NCBI GenBank assembly: GCA_046569945.1
Contig: JBKHVS010000002.1
Location: forward strand, 1-54,577
Length of the DNA: 54,577 nt
Reading direction: 5' to 3'
DNA from: Gammaproteobacteria bacterium
GTDB lineage: Bacteria > Pseudomonadota > Gammaproteobacteria > Burkholderiales > Burkholderiaceae_E
This document shows, one piece after another, positions 8,986 through 19,622 of the stretch (the stretch's first letter is position 1; each line of letters starts with the position of its first letter). The notes below the pieces were generated by a model that did not search any database, was not told where the DNA came from, and was given only the letters and a program-made list of their open reading frames with translations. A program made the position numbers and the translations under genes.

Positions 8986-9762
8986 TCAATCCTTGCCGAC
9001 CCAGGCCGGCTTGCGCTTCTCGCGGAACGCCGCCATGCCCTCGGCCGCCTCGGCCGACAGGAACATCCGCTTGCTCCATTCGGCCATCTCGGCGAAGCCC
9101 TCCTGCGTGGAGAGCTGCGGCACGCGGCGCACCAGCTTCTTGCACTCGGCCACGGCGATCGGTCCGCCCAGGCGGATCATGTCGATCTCCTCCTGCACGG
9201 CGGCGCGCAGCGCATCCTTCGGCACGGCGCGATGCGCCAGCCCCATCGTCACCGCCTGCGTTCCCTTGAAGCGCTCGCCGGTGAGGAACAGCTTCATCGC
9301 GTGGTGGGTGCCGAGCTTGGGCACGCAGACCACCGCGATCACCGCGGGGATCACGCCGATGCGCACCTCGGAGAAGCTGCAGTCCACGTCCTCGGCGATG
9401 ACCACGATGTCGGAGGCGCCGACCAGGCCCAGGCCGCCGGCGTAGGCCGCGCCGTTGACCGCCGAGATCACCGGCTTCGGGCTGTCCAGCATCAGGTTCA
9501 GGATGTCGGGCAGGCTGGCGCTGGCCTTGCCGTCCACCGCGCTGCCCGGCGGGCTCTTGAGGTCGGCGCCGGCGCAGAACGCGGGACCGTTGCCGGTGAG
9601 AACGATGCAGCGCGCGGCGGGGTCGTCCAGCGCGGCCTTCAGGTGCGCGTACAGCTCGTTGACCAGCACCGCCGACAGCGCGTTGCGGTTCTCCGGGCGG
9701 TTCAGCGTGATCCACGCCGCGCCGTCGCGGACTTCGTACAGGGTGGCTTCGGTGTTCGACAT
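8986..9762 (-). CDS. Enoyl-CoA hydratase/isomerase (258 aa)
   Basis: TLNRPENRNAL, FCAGADL, KPVISAVNG and SEVRIGVIP. Start reassigned to ATG 9762 (RBS GAGG). Confidence 0.92.
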   Translation of the reverse strand: MSNTEATLYEVRDGAAWITLNRPENRNALSAVLVNELYAHLKAALDDPAARCIVLTGNGPAFCAGADLKSPPGSAVDGKASASLPDILNLMLDSPKPVISAVNGAAYAGGLGLVGASDIVVIAEDVDCSFSEVRIGVIPAVIAVVCVPKLGTHHAMKLFLTGERFKGTQAVTMGLAHRAVPKDALRAAVQEEIDMIRLGGPIAVAECKKLVRRVPQLSTQEGFAEMAEWSKRMFLSAEAAEGMAAFREKRKPAWVGKD

Positions 9763-10062
9763 CGTGGTTCCTCTGGGGAAGTCGGTTCGCGCGGAAGCGG
9801 GCGCCGCGGACGCGGAAGCTCGCGGAAGCGGCGCCGCGGCGGCGCACCGCGCCATTCTGGCGGCAAGCGTTCCGATCGGCACCTGCGCGCGTTCCACTGC
9901 TGGGCAGGGCGCAGCCAATATACGCAAGACTGCGGGCACCTCAGCTGCCTAGGATGCCTGCAGGCGCCGCCGGGGATGGCGCATGCGCGTTCGACGCGCA
10001 CGCCCGGCCCGCGGACTTCCCGGCCCGGCAACGCCGGCCGACACCGTCACCCGAGGACCTTC

Positions 10063-11649
10063 ATGAACGGCCAGCCTGCAACGCCCACCGGGCTCGAGAT
10101 CAATCTCATCGAACGGGTCAACGTCGGCGACATCGTCACCCGCGCCGCGGACCTGTACCCGGACCGCACCGCCTTCGTCGACGGCGACCGGCGCACCGAC
10201 TACGCGACGCTGGAGCGCCAGGTGAACCGGCTCGGCAGCGCGCTGCTGGGCCTGGGGCTTGCGCACCAGGACGTGGTCGGCGTGATGGCGCGCAACTGCA
10301 CCGAGATGATGGTGGCCTACTTCGCCTGCGCGCGCGCCGGGCTGGTCTGCGCGCCGGTGAACCTGGGGCTGCGCCCGGACGAGATCGCCTGGTGCCTGAA
10401 CGACGCGAAGGCGAAGGTGCTGATCGCCGAGCAGGCGCTGGGCGAGATGGCCAAGCAGGTGCTCGCGGTGGAGATGCCGGCGCTGGAGCACCGATTCTGG
10501 ATCGGCGGCGAGGGCGGCGACGGCTTCGACGCGCTGCTCGCGCGCGGCAGCGAGGCGCCGCTGGAGGTGATGGTGGGCGACCGCGACATCGTGCAGCTGC
10601 TCTACACCAGCGGCACCACCGCCAACCCGAAGGGCGTGCTCACCAGCCACCTGGCGGTGACGATGGCGGGCCTGTCGAACGCGATCACCATCGCGCAGAG
10701 CGCCGGCCCCGGCGTGGTCACCTACGTGGCGCTGCCGCTGTTCCACTGCGCGATGCTCAACTCGATCACGATGCCGGTGCTGGTGCTGGGCGGCACCGTG
10801 GTGCTCGCCAAGGGCTTCGAGCCGCACGAAGCGGCGCGCCTGTTCGACGAGCACCAGGTGCAGCTGATGGTGCTGCTGCCGATGATGTACGGGCTGCTGC
10901 TCACCGACCCCGAGCTGAAGTCGCGCACCTTCCCCGCGATGAAGCGGGCGATGTACGCGATGGCGCCGATGCCCGAGGAGCGGCTGCACCAGATCCACGC
11001 GATGTTCCCGAACGCCGACGTGGTGCTGGGCTCGGGCCAGACCGAGTTCACGCCGGCCACCTGCGTGCAGCGGCCCGAGCACCAGTGGAGCAAGTCAGCC
11101 ACCTGGGGCACTGCCACCGCGATGACCCGCGTGGCGGTGATGGACGAGGAAGGCCGGCTGCTGCCGCGCGGCGAAACCGGCGAGCTGGTCTACCGCGGCC
11201 CGCAGGTGATGAGCGGCTACCTGAACCAGCCCGAGGCCAGCCGCCAGAGCCTGCGCCACGGCTGGTTCCACAGCGGCGACGTGGCCCACATCGACGAGGA
11301 CGGCGCGATCTGGTTCAAGGACCGCTTCAAGGACGTGATCAAGACCGGCGGCGAGAACGTCGCCTCGATCGAGGTGGAGCGCTGTCTGATGGAACATCCG
11401 GCGGTGGCCGAGGCCGCCGTGGTGGGCGCGCCGCATCCGCGCTGGGGCGAAGCGATCACCGCGGTGGTGGTGCGCAAGCCCGGCGCCAGCGTCGACGAGG
11501 CCGCGCTTCTGGAGCACTGCCGCGCGCACCTGGCCGGCTTCAAGGTGCCCAAGGGCATCGTATTCGTGGACGCCTTCCCGCGCACCGGCACCGGCAAGAT
11601 CCAGAAGCACGGGATCCGCGGCGAGCTGGAGAGGTTCTACGAGCGGTGA
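10063..11649 (+). CDS. AMP-binding acyl-CoA synthetase (528 aa)
   Basis: YTSGTTANPKG, WFHSGD, DRFKDVIKTGGENV and PRTGTGKIQK. Start at ATG 10063 (RBS GAGG). Confidence 0.94.
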   Translation: MNGQPATPTGLEINLIERVNVGDIVTRAADLYPDRTAFVDGDRRTDYATLERQVNRLGSALLGLGLAHQDVVGVMARNCTEMMVAYFACARAGLVCAPVNLGLRPDEIAWCLNDAKAKVLIAEQALGEMAKQVLAVEMPALEHRFWIGGEGGDGFDALLARGSEAPLEVMVGDRDIVQLLYTSGTTANPKGVLTSHLAVTMAGLSNAITIAQSAGPGVVTYVALPLFHCAMLNSITMPVLVLGGTVVLAKGFEPHEAARLFDEHQVQLMVLLPMMYGLLLTDPELKSRTFPAMKRAMYAMAPMPEERLHQIHAMFPNADVVLGSGQTEFTPATCVQRPEHQWSKSATWGTATAMTRVAVMDEEGRLLPRGETGELVYRGPQVMSGYLNQPEASRQSLRHGWFHSGDVAHIDEDGAIWFKDRFKDVIKTGGENVASIEVERCLMEHPAVAEAAVVGAPHPRWGEAITAVVVRKPGASVDEAALLEHCRAHLAGFKVPKGIVFVDAFPRTGTGKIQKHGIRGELERFYER

Positions 11650-11710
11650 ACGCGCGGCGTGGAGCGCCGGAGCGCCGCCCGGGATGCCTCGAGCACCCGC
11701 AGGCGGCGCA

Positions 11711-11947
11711 TCAGCGGCCCTCGAAGCCAGCCAGGGGCTCGTCCGGCAGCGGTGCATCGAAATCCGCCGGAACGACCAGCTTGCCCTCGAGCAGCCCGAA
11801 CCTGATGCGGCGTTTCGGCGGCGCGAGCCGGGTGATGCGCACCAGCGGCTTGCCGTTGCGGCTGATCACGACGTCCTCGCCCGAGGCTGCCCTGTCGACC
11901 AGCTTCGCCAGGTGGGTCCTGGCAACGCGGATGTCCACGATCTCCAT
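11711..11947 (-). CDS. Phd/YefM-family antitoxin (78 aa), no intact toxin next to it
   Basis: MEIVDIRVARTHLAKLVDRAASGEDVVISRNGKPLVRI...RIRFGLLEGKLVVPADFDAPLP fits the prevent-host-death antitoxins that usually precede VapC. Confidence 0.88.
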   Translation of the reverse strand: MEIVDIRVARTHLAKLVDRAASGEDVVISRNGKPLVRITRLAPPKRRIRFGLLEGKLVVPADFDAPLPDEPLAGFEGR

Positions 11948-11974
11948 GATTCCTGGCTCCCTTCGCTCTGATTC

Positions 11975-11998
11975 GACCAGGTCCGGTCTGACCTGATC
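11975..11998. promoter_or_regulatory. Inverted repeat upstream of the antitoxin (possible autoregulatory operator)
   Basis: GACCAGGTC-CGGTCT-GACCTGATC: 9-bp arms with 1 mismatch, about 30 bp upstream of the start codon. Confidence 0.45.
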
Positions 11999-12085
11999 CT
12001 CTGCGCCCAAGACGCAGCACAAGGCCTCCTCGTCAGGCGCCTGCACTGAGTCCAGTCACGGAACCAGGCGGCGCCCGTCCGTGGC

Positions 12086-13291
<1,206 letters not shown>

Positions 13292-13421
13292 CGCTTTTCC
13301 TGTTTTCGAGAAGTTGGACAGGCCGGCCTCGATACACTCGACCCGACCCCCGGATGATCCCCGCTTCGCCCCTGCCCCGGGAAGCCCGGACGCTCCACGA
13401 CCCAGGAAAAGGAAACGAACG

Positions 13422-15080
13422 ATGTCCCACGAAATCGTCATCCGCGGCGGCACGGTCGTCGACGGCAGCGGCCGCGAGGCCTTCCGCGGCGACGTCGCCA
13501 TCGACGACGGCCGCATCGCAGCGGTCGGCCAGGTGGAAGGCGCGGGACGCCGCGAGATCGACGCCGAGGGCATGACCGTCACACCGGGTTTCGTCGACAT
13601 CCACACCCATCTCGACGCGCAGATCGGCTGGGATCCGGACTGCACGCCGCTGTGCTGGCACGGCATCACCACCGCGCTGCTGGGCAACTGCGGCGTGACC
13701 TTCGCGCCCTGCAGGCCCGGCGACCGCGAGCTGCTCGCCGCGATGATGGAAACCGTGGAGGACATCCCGCGCGAGGCGATCCTCTCCGGCCTGCCCTGGG
13801 ACTGGGAGGACTACGGCGGCTACCTGGACGCCATCGAGCGCCTGAAGCCGGGCATCAACGTGGCCGGGCTGGTGGGCCACAGCGCGCTGCGCTTCTACGT
13901 GATGGGCGAGCGCGCCGTGGAGGAACAGGCAACCGACGAGGAGCGCCGGCGCATGGCCGAGCTCACCGCGCAGTCGATCGACCGCGGCGCGGTGGGCTTC
14001 TCCACCAACCGCTTCGCCGCCCACAAACTGCCCGACGGCCGGGCGATCCCAGGCACCTTCGCCGACCCGGCCGAGCTGGTCGAGATCGCGCGCCAGGTCG
14101 GCCCGCGCAAGGCGCTGATGCAGGCGGTGGGCGCCGACTTCGACCTGCTGCGCGCGCTGGCCGACGACGGCCGCAGCCGCGTGCTGTTCAGCTACGGCGT
14201 GGGCCCTGACGGCGCGCTGGCGCCGCAGCGGCGGGCCGAGCTCGAGGAGCTGTGCCGCGGCCGCGAGATGACCGCGGTGGCGCAGGTGCGCAGCTCGGGG
14301 CTGCTCTTCGGCCTGCAGTCGGGGCTGCCGATCGCCAACCGCGGGCCCGCCTGGAAGCGGCTGCGCGCGATGGGCTTCGACGAGCGGCTCGCCGCGATCC
14401 GTGACGCCGGCATGCGCGCGACACTGGTCGAGGAAGCGAAGCAGCACGGCTTCCCGACCATCCTCGGCGCCAGCATCGAGCGCGTCTACTACATGGGCGA
14501 CGGCGCCACGCCCGAGTACGCCGCCGGCGACGAGCGCCAGCTGCCCGCGATGGCCGCGGCCGCCGGTGAGCACTGGTCGGAGACCTTCCTGCGCCTGTCG
14601 ATCGAGACCGGCGGCCGGGCGCTGTTCACGCTGCGCATGTTCAACCCGGACATGGAGGCGCTGGGCCACCTGATCGGCAGCGACGACTGCCTGCCGGGCC
14701 TCGGCGACGCGGGCGCGCACGTCACGCAGGTGATGGACGCGGGCTGGGCCACCTTCATCCTGTCGCACTGGGTGCGCGAGCGCGGCCTGTATTCGCTCGA
14801 GGAAGGCGTGCGCCGGATCACTTCCGCGCCGGCCCGCGTGATCGGCCTGAAGGATCGCGGCGTGCTTGCGCCCGGCATGCGCGCCGACGTCAACGTCTTC
14901 GACGCCGCGCGCATCGGCGAGCGCCAGCCCGAGATCGTCCACGACTTCCCCGGCGGCGCGCCGCGTTACGTCCAGCGCTCGGTCGGCTACAAGGCAACGC
15001 TGGTCAACGGGCGGGTGAACCTGCTCGACGGCGAGCTCACCGGCGAGCGCGCCGGGCAGGTGCTGCGGCACGGGCACTGA
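13422..15080 (+). CDS. N-acyl-D-amino-acid deacylase-like amidohydrolase (552 aa)
   Basis: [37 protein letters not shown] and [17 protein letters not shown]. Confidence 0.9.
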   Translation: MSHEIVIRGGTVVDGSGREAFRGDVAIDDGRIAAVGQVEGAGRREIDAEGMTVTPGFVDIHTHLDAQIGWDPDCTPLCWHGITTALLGNCGVTFAPCRPGDRELLAAMMETVEDIPREAILSGLPWDWEDYGGYLDAIERLKPGINVAGLVGHSALRFYVMGERAVEEQATDEERRRMAELTAQSIDRGAVGFSTNRFAAHKLPDGRAIPGTFADPAELVEIARQVGPRKALMQAVGADFDLLRALADDGRSRVLFSYGVGPDGALAPQRRAELEELCRGREMTAVAQVRSSGLLFGLQSGLPIANRGPAWKRLRAMGFDERLAAIRDAGMRATLVEEAKQHGFPTILGASIERVYYMGDGATPEYAAGDERQLPAMAAAAGEHWSETFLRLSIETGGRALFTLRMFNPDMEALGHLIGSDDCLPGLGDAGAHVTQVMDAGWATFILSHWVRERGLYSLEEGVRRITSAPARVIGLKDRGVLAPGMRADVNVFDAARIGERQPEIVHDFPGGAPRYVQRSVGYKATLVNGRVNLLDGELTGERAGQVLRHGH

Positions 15081-15136
15081 TCCGGAGGGCGCCAAGGGGT
15101 ATCCTGTCGGCCCGACCGACCGGAGAGTCGCCAGGA

Positions 15137-16231
15137 ATGCCCTCCCCTTCAACGACGCTGGCACCGCTGCGGCGTGGCGGCGCGTTCGCCGCGCTGCTGG
15201 CGGCGCTCGCCGCTTGCGCGCCGATGGCGATGGCATCGAGCGGCGCCGCCCGCGCAGCCTGCGCCGCGGACGGCGCGGAAGCGATCCGCCCGGTGATCAA
15301 CGTCCGCGTCGACAACGACATGTTCGGCGGCCTGGGCCAGGACCAAGGCTACAGCAACGGCTTCCAGGTCACGCTGATGTCCGCCAACCTGAAGGAATTC
15401 GGCGACCCGGAATGCCTGCCGACGCCGGTGCGCTGGGTCGACCGCTACCTGACCTGGATGCATCCGAAGGGGCTCGACCAGAAGAACGTGGTGGTCGGAT
15501 TCGGGCAGGCGCTGTTCACGCCCACCGATCGGGAGTCCACCGCGCTGCTGCCCGACGACCGGCCCTATGCGGCCGCGCTGCTGCTGTCCGTCGGCTACAA
15601 CGCGCGCAGCGGGGACCGGCTGCAGACCTCCCATCTCAGGGTGGGCATCGTCGGCCCTTCGGCACTGGGCGAGCAGACGCAGAACGGCTGGCACAAGATC
15701 TGGGGCATCGACGAGTTCCGGGGCTGGGACAACCAGCTTCGCGACGAGCCGGTGTTCCAGCTGGTGCACGAGCGCATGCGGCGCTGGGCGCCGCCGCCGG
15801 CGGACCGGCTGAGCTGGGATGCCATCGGTCACTGGGGCGCGAGCCTGGGCAACCTGCTCACCTACGCCAACGCCGGCCTGGAGGTGAGGGTCGGCAGCAG
15901 GCTGCCGGACGACTTCGGCAGCGACCCCCTGCGCCCCGCCGGCGAGAACACCGCACCCAGCCGGCGCACGCCGCCGGACGAGTGGAGCTGGCATGCGTTC
16001 GCCAGCGTGGACGTGCGCGCGGTGGCGCACAACATCACGCTGGACGGCAACACCTGGAAGCACAGCCACGGCGTCGGTAAGCGCACTTTCGTCGCCGATT
16101 TCGGGCGTGGTGTCGCGGTCACCTACGGCCCCTGGAAGCTCGCGCTGGCCCACTACAACCGCACCCGCGAGTTCGACGGGCAGCGGGTGCGCCCGGCGTT
16201 CGGCAGCATCACGGTCAGCCGCAGGTTCTGA
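15137..16231 (+). CDS. lpxR: Lipid A 3'-O-deacylase LpxR-family outer membrane protein
   Basis: Signal peptide, VDNDMF..DQGYSNG, GQALFTP..DDRPYA, GWDNQL, NITLDGN, RTREF, and a C-terminal Phe. Start uncertain. Confidence 0.85.
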   Translation: MPSPSTTLAPLRRGGAFAALLAALAACAPMAMASSGAARAACAADGAEAIRPVINVRVDNDMFGGLGQDQGYSNGFQVTLMSANLKEFGDPECLPTPVRWVDRYLTWMHPKGLDQKNVVVGFGQALFTPTDRESTALLPDDRPYAAALLLSVGYNARSGDRLQTSHLRVGIVGPSALGEQTQNGWHKIWGIDEFRGWDNQLRDEPVFQLVHERMRRWAPPPADRLSWDAIGHWGASLGNLLTYANAGLEVRVGSRLPDDFGSDPLRPAGENTAPSRRTPPDEWSWHAFASVDVRAVAHNITLDGNTWKHSHGVGKRTFVADFGRGVAVTYGPWKLALAHYNRTREFDGQRVRPAFGSITVSRRF

Positions 16232-16271
16232 TCGCCCCCGGGAATCGGCCGCTGCGCCCCGGAGGGCAACA

Positions 16272-16931
16272 TCAGTCCCCCAGGTCGACCACCGTCGCGA
16301 GCGGCAGGTCCGGCGGCGTTTCCCAGCCCGAGAAGACGAGCGCCCGGCCGGGGTCGCCCGCGGCGGCGCGCAGCATCTCGCGCACGAAGGCGATCGAGGA
16401 CCGGTCCAGCGCGCCGAAGGGATCGTCGACCAGCGTCACCGGCGCACGCGAGGCCAGCGCCGCGGCCAGCCAGAGCTTGCGCCGGGAGCCCGTGGAGAGC
16501 ATGAACAGCTTCTTGCCCATGTGCTCCTGCAGCGAGAGCCCCTCTACCAGCGCATCGAGCAGGTCGAGGTCGAAGTCAGGCCACTGCGCACGCACCGCCG
16601 CCAGTGCCTCGACCGGGGTCACCTGCTCGAAGGCCTGTGCTCCGGCGCCCGTGAGATGCACCTGCCTGCGGTAGCCGGCGGGATCGCGATCGAGTTCGAC
16701 CCCGTTGACCTCGATCCGGCCGGCCCGCGGCCGAATCTCGCCCGAAAGCAGGCGCAGCAGCGTGGTCTTGCCGCGGCCGTCGCCGCCACGCACCAGCGAG
16801 AGCCCCGGGGGGAGGGAGAACGTAAGCCCTTCGAAGAGTACGAGACCGGTGTGCCCGAAGCTCAGTTCGAGCGCCTGCAGCACGGCGGGACGCGGAAGCG
16901 TGCCTGCAGGGAGATCGATGACGGAATCCAT
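16272..16931 (-). CDS. Stand-alone ABC ATP-binding protein with degenerate motifs
   Basis: Walker A GGDGRGKTT, signature LSTGSRRK, Walker B TLVDDP. No permease nearby. Confidence 0.78.
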   Translation of the reverse strand: MDSVIDLPAGTLPRPAVLQALELSFGHTGLVLFEGLTFSLPPGLSLVRGGDGRGKTTLLRLLSGEIRPRAGRIEVNGVELDRDPAGYRRQVHLTGAGAQAFEQVTPVEALAAVRAQWPDFDLDLLDALVEGLSLQEHMGKKLFMLSTGSRRKLWLAAALASRAPVTLVDDPFGALDRSSIAFVREMLRAAAGDPGRALVFSGWETPPDLPLATVVDLGD

Positions 16932-17046
16932 TGCGCGCCGACCCGGTTGAGCGGCGCCGAGTGGACGGGGCGCCTGGTCAGGGAAAGCTTACACGCAGCG
17001 GCAGGGCCGGACGCGCCTCGGACCCCGGGGCACCGAGACTGCATCC

Positions 17047-17105
17047 CGCATCCGGATGCGCCGCGCTGCCCTCGCTTGACGCGGGCGCGCGCCCGCCGAT
17101 ACCTT
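17047..17105 (+). promoter_or_regulatory. Palindrome CGCATCCGGATGCG (17047-17060) plus a candidate promoter TTGACG-18-TACCTT for the ALDH operon
   Basis: Both are visible in the divergent intergenic region. Function is inferred. Confidence 0.35.
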
Positions 17106-17173
17106 CGAGAGGCGCCCGCCGGCTGCTCGAGGCGGAACGACGCCCGCGCAGCCCAAAGCAAGGACGCCATCAC

Positions 17174-18631
17174 GTGACACCCGCAGACGGCCCTCGCCCG
17201 ATGCTGATCGGCGGCGAGCAGGCGCCAGGCAGCCTGGCCCCGCTGGTCTCGATCGATCCCGCCACCGGCTCGACCAATCACCTGGTCTGCAGCGCCGGCC
17301 CCGCGGAGGTCGACGCCGCGGTCGCCTGCGCCGCGGGCGCGGCAGCGCACCCGTCGTGGTCCGCGCTGCTGCCTCCGCAGCGCGCTGCGGTCCTGCACCG
17401 CATCGGCGAGCTGATGATGCGGGACGCGGCCCTGCTCGCACGCCTGCAGCGGCTCGAGAATGGCAAGGTGCAGGCCGAGTGCGAAGCGCAGGTGCGCAGC
17501 GCCGCCGCCACCTTCCGCTACTACGCGGCGGTCTGCGAGACCCAGGGATCGGAGCTGACGCCGGCGCGCGGCGACTACCTGTCGATGACGGTGCACGAAC
17601 CCTACGGCGTGGTGGCCGCGATCACGCCCTGGAACTCGCCGCTGACCATGGAGGCGCAGAAGGTCGCGCCCGCGCTGGCGGCAGGCAATGCGGTGCTGCT
17701 CAAACCCTCGGAACTCACCCCGTCGACCGCGCTGGAACTCGGCCGCATCGCGCTGGAGGCCGGGCTGCCTCCCGGCGTGCTCAACGTGCTCCCGGGCCGG
17801 GGCGCGGAGGCCGGGGCTGCGCTGGTCGCCCACCCCGGCGTGCGGATGCTGTCCTTCACCGGCGGCACCGCCAGCGGGCTGCGCATCGCCGAGGCGGCCG
17901 CGCGCAGGCTGCTGCCGGTGGCGCTGGAGCTCGGCGGCAAGTCGCCGCACATCGTCTTCGAGGACGCCGACCTGGACGCCGCGGCCGAGGCGGTCTGCGG
18001 CGGCATCTTCGAAGGCAGCGGGCAGTCCTGCGTGGCCGGCTCGCGCCTGTTCGTGCAGCGCTCCGCCTATGCGCAGGTGCTCGAGCGCGTCGTGGCGCGC
18101 GCGCGCGCGCTGCGGGTCGACCTGCCGGATGCGCCCGGCGCGCAGATGGGCCCGATCGCCTCCTTCGCGCATCGGGACGGCATCGAGCGCATCGTCGACG
18201 CGGCGCGCGCCGGCGGGGCGCAGATCCTCGCCGGCGGCTGCCGGCCCGGGCAGCCGCATCTGGCGCGCGGCGCCTTCTACCTGCCAACGGTGATCGCCGG
18301 CATCGACAACCGGGCCGAGATCGCCCGCCGGGAGATCTTCGGCCCGGTGCTCTGCGCGCTGCCCTTCGACGACGAGGACGACCTGGTCGCCCAGGCCAAC
18401 GACTCCAGCTATGGACTGGCCGCGGGCATCTGGACCCGCGACTTCCCGCGCGCCTGGCGCGTCGCGCGCGCACTGCAGGCGGGCACCGTCTGGATCAACA
18501 CCTACAAGCAGCTCTCCATCGCAACGCCCTTCGGCGGCTTCAAGGACAGCGGCCTCGGCCGCGAGAAGGGCATCGCGGGGATGCGGCTGTACCAGCAGAC
18601 CAAGGGCATCTACGTCGGCCTTGGCGGCTGA
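17174..18631 (+). CDS. Aldehyde dehydrogenase (~485 aa)
   Basis: ITPWNSP, KPSELTP, FTGGT, LELGGKSP, catalytic GQSCVAG, EIFGPV and PFGGFKDSG. GTG 17174 follows AAGGA; ATG 17201 is an alternative start. Confidence 0.95.
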   Translation: MTPADGPRPMLIGGEQAPGSLAPLVSIDPATGSTNHLVCSAGPAEVDAAVACAAGAAAHPSWSALLPPQRAAVLHRIGELMMRDAALLARLQRLENGKVQAECEAQVRSAAATFRYYAAVCETQGSELTPARGDYLSMTVHEPYGVVAAITPWNSPLTMEAQKVAPALAAGNAVLLKPSELTPSTALELGRIALEAGLPPGVLNVLPGRGAEAGAALVAHPGVRMLSFTGGTASGLRIAEAAARRLLPVALELGGKSPHIVFEDADLDAAAEAVCGGIFEGSGQSCVAGSRLFVQRSAYAQVLERVVARARALRVDLPDAPGAQMGPIASFAHRDGIERIVDAARAGGAQILAGGCRPGQPHLARGAFYLPTVIAGIDNRAEIARREIFGPVLCALPFDDEDDLVAQANDSSYGLAAGIWTRDFPRAWRVARALQAGTVWINTYKQLSIATPFGGFKDSGLGREKGIAGMRLYQQTKGIYVGLGG

Positions 18632-18655
18632 GCGCCCGCTCCAGGAGGACATCGC

Positions 18656-19546
18656 ATGACTCTGGCAGACCGGCCCGCGCGCCTCGGCTTCATCGGCCTG
18701 GGCGTGATGGGCGAACCGATGTGCCGCAACCTCGCCGCGCGGTCGGGCGCCCACGTGAGCGCCATGGACCGGGACCCCGGGCCGCTCGAGCGCCTGCGCG
18801 CGCACGGCGTGCAGGCCGCCGACGGAATCGCCGGTGCGGCGCGCGGCGCCGACGCGGTCTTCCTCTCGCTGCCCTCGGGCGCGGTGGTGCGCGAACTTGC
18901 CGAAGCGCCGGGCGGCCTGCTCGACAGCACCGGGCCCGGCCAGGTCGTCGTCGACCTCGGCACCTCGCCGGTGGACCTGACGCGCGATCTCGCCCGGCGC
19001 TTCGCCGAGCGCGGCGCGGTCTTCGTCGACGCGCCGGTCGCGCGCACGCGCGCGGCCGCCGAAGCCGGCACGCTGTCGGTGATGGTGGGCGCCGACGCCC
19101 CGGTCTTCGAGCGCATCCGCCCCTGGCTGGCCTGCTTCGCCAGCGACATCACGCTGTGCGGCCCCTCCGGCTGCGGCCAGATCGTCAAGCTGCTGAACAA
19201 CATGGTGCTGTTCGAGACCGTGATGGCGCTGTCCGAGGCCAAGGCGATCGGCGAACGCGCCGGGGTGGATCCGGCGCTGCTCTTCGAGACGCTCTCGAAG
19301 GGCTCGGCCGACAGCTTCGCGCTGCGCAACCACGGCATGAAGGCGATGCTGCCGGGAGACTTCCCCGAGCGCGCCTTCTCGGTCAGCTACGCGGCGAAGG
19401 ATCTCTCCTACGCGCTGGCGCTGGCCGCGGACACCGGCGTGGATGCCCGCGGCGCGCAGCTGGTGCGCGCGCTGTTCGAGCAGGCCGAGGAGGCGGGAAT
19501 CGCGGACCGCTACTTCCCGGTGATCAGCACGCTGGCGGGCCGATGA
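18656..19546 (+). CDS. NAD(P)-dependent beta-hydroxyacid dehydrogenase (3-hydroxyisobutyrate dehydrogenase family)
   Basis: GFIGLGVMG, DAPV, GTLSVMVG, catalytic KLLNN and KDL. Confidence 0.92.
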   Translation: MTLADRPARLGFIGLGVMGEPMCRNLAARSGAHVSAMDRDPGPLERLRAHGVQAADGIAGAARGADAVFLSLPSGAVVRELAEAPGGLLDSTGPGQVVVDLGTSPVDLTRDLARRFAERGAVFVDAPVARTRAAAEAGTLSVMVGADAPVFERIRPWLACFASDITLCGPSGCGQIVKLLNNMVLFETVMALSEAKAIGERAGVDPALLFETLSKGSADSFALRNHGMKAMLPGDFPERAFSVSYAAKDLSYALALAADTGVDARGAQLVRALFEQAEEAGIADRYFPVISTLAGR

Positions 19547-19622
19547 GCCTGCGTGCGCAGATGGGCCGCCGTGCGCCGCCGGGCGGTGCGCGCTGGCGCG
19601 CCCGCGCCGCCGGCGGCCGGGA

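Noticed and set aside
13295-13410. Inverted repeat TTTTCCTG / CAGGAAAA in the ACAD-deacylase intergenic region
   Set aside because: Explained as the two AGGA ribosome-binding sites of the divergent genes.
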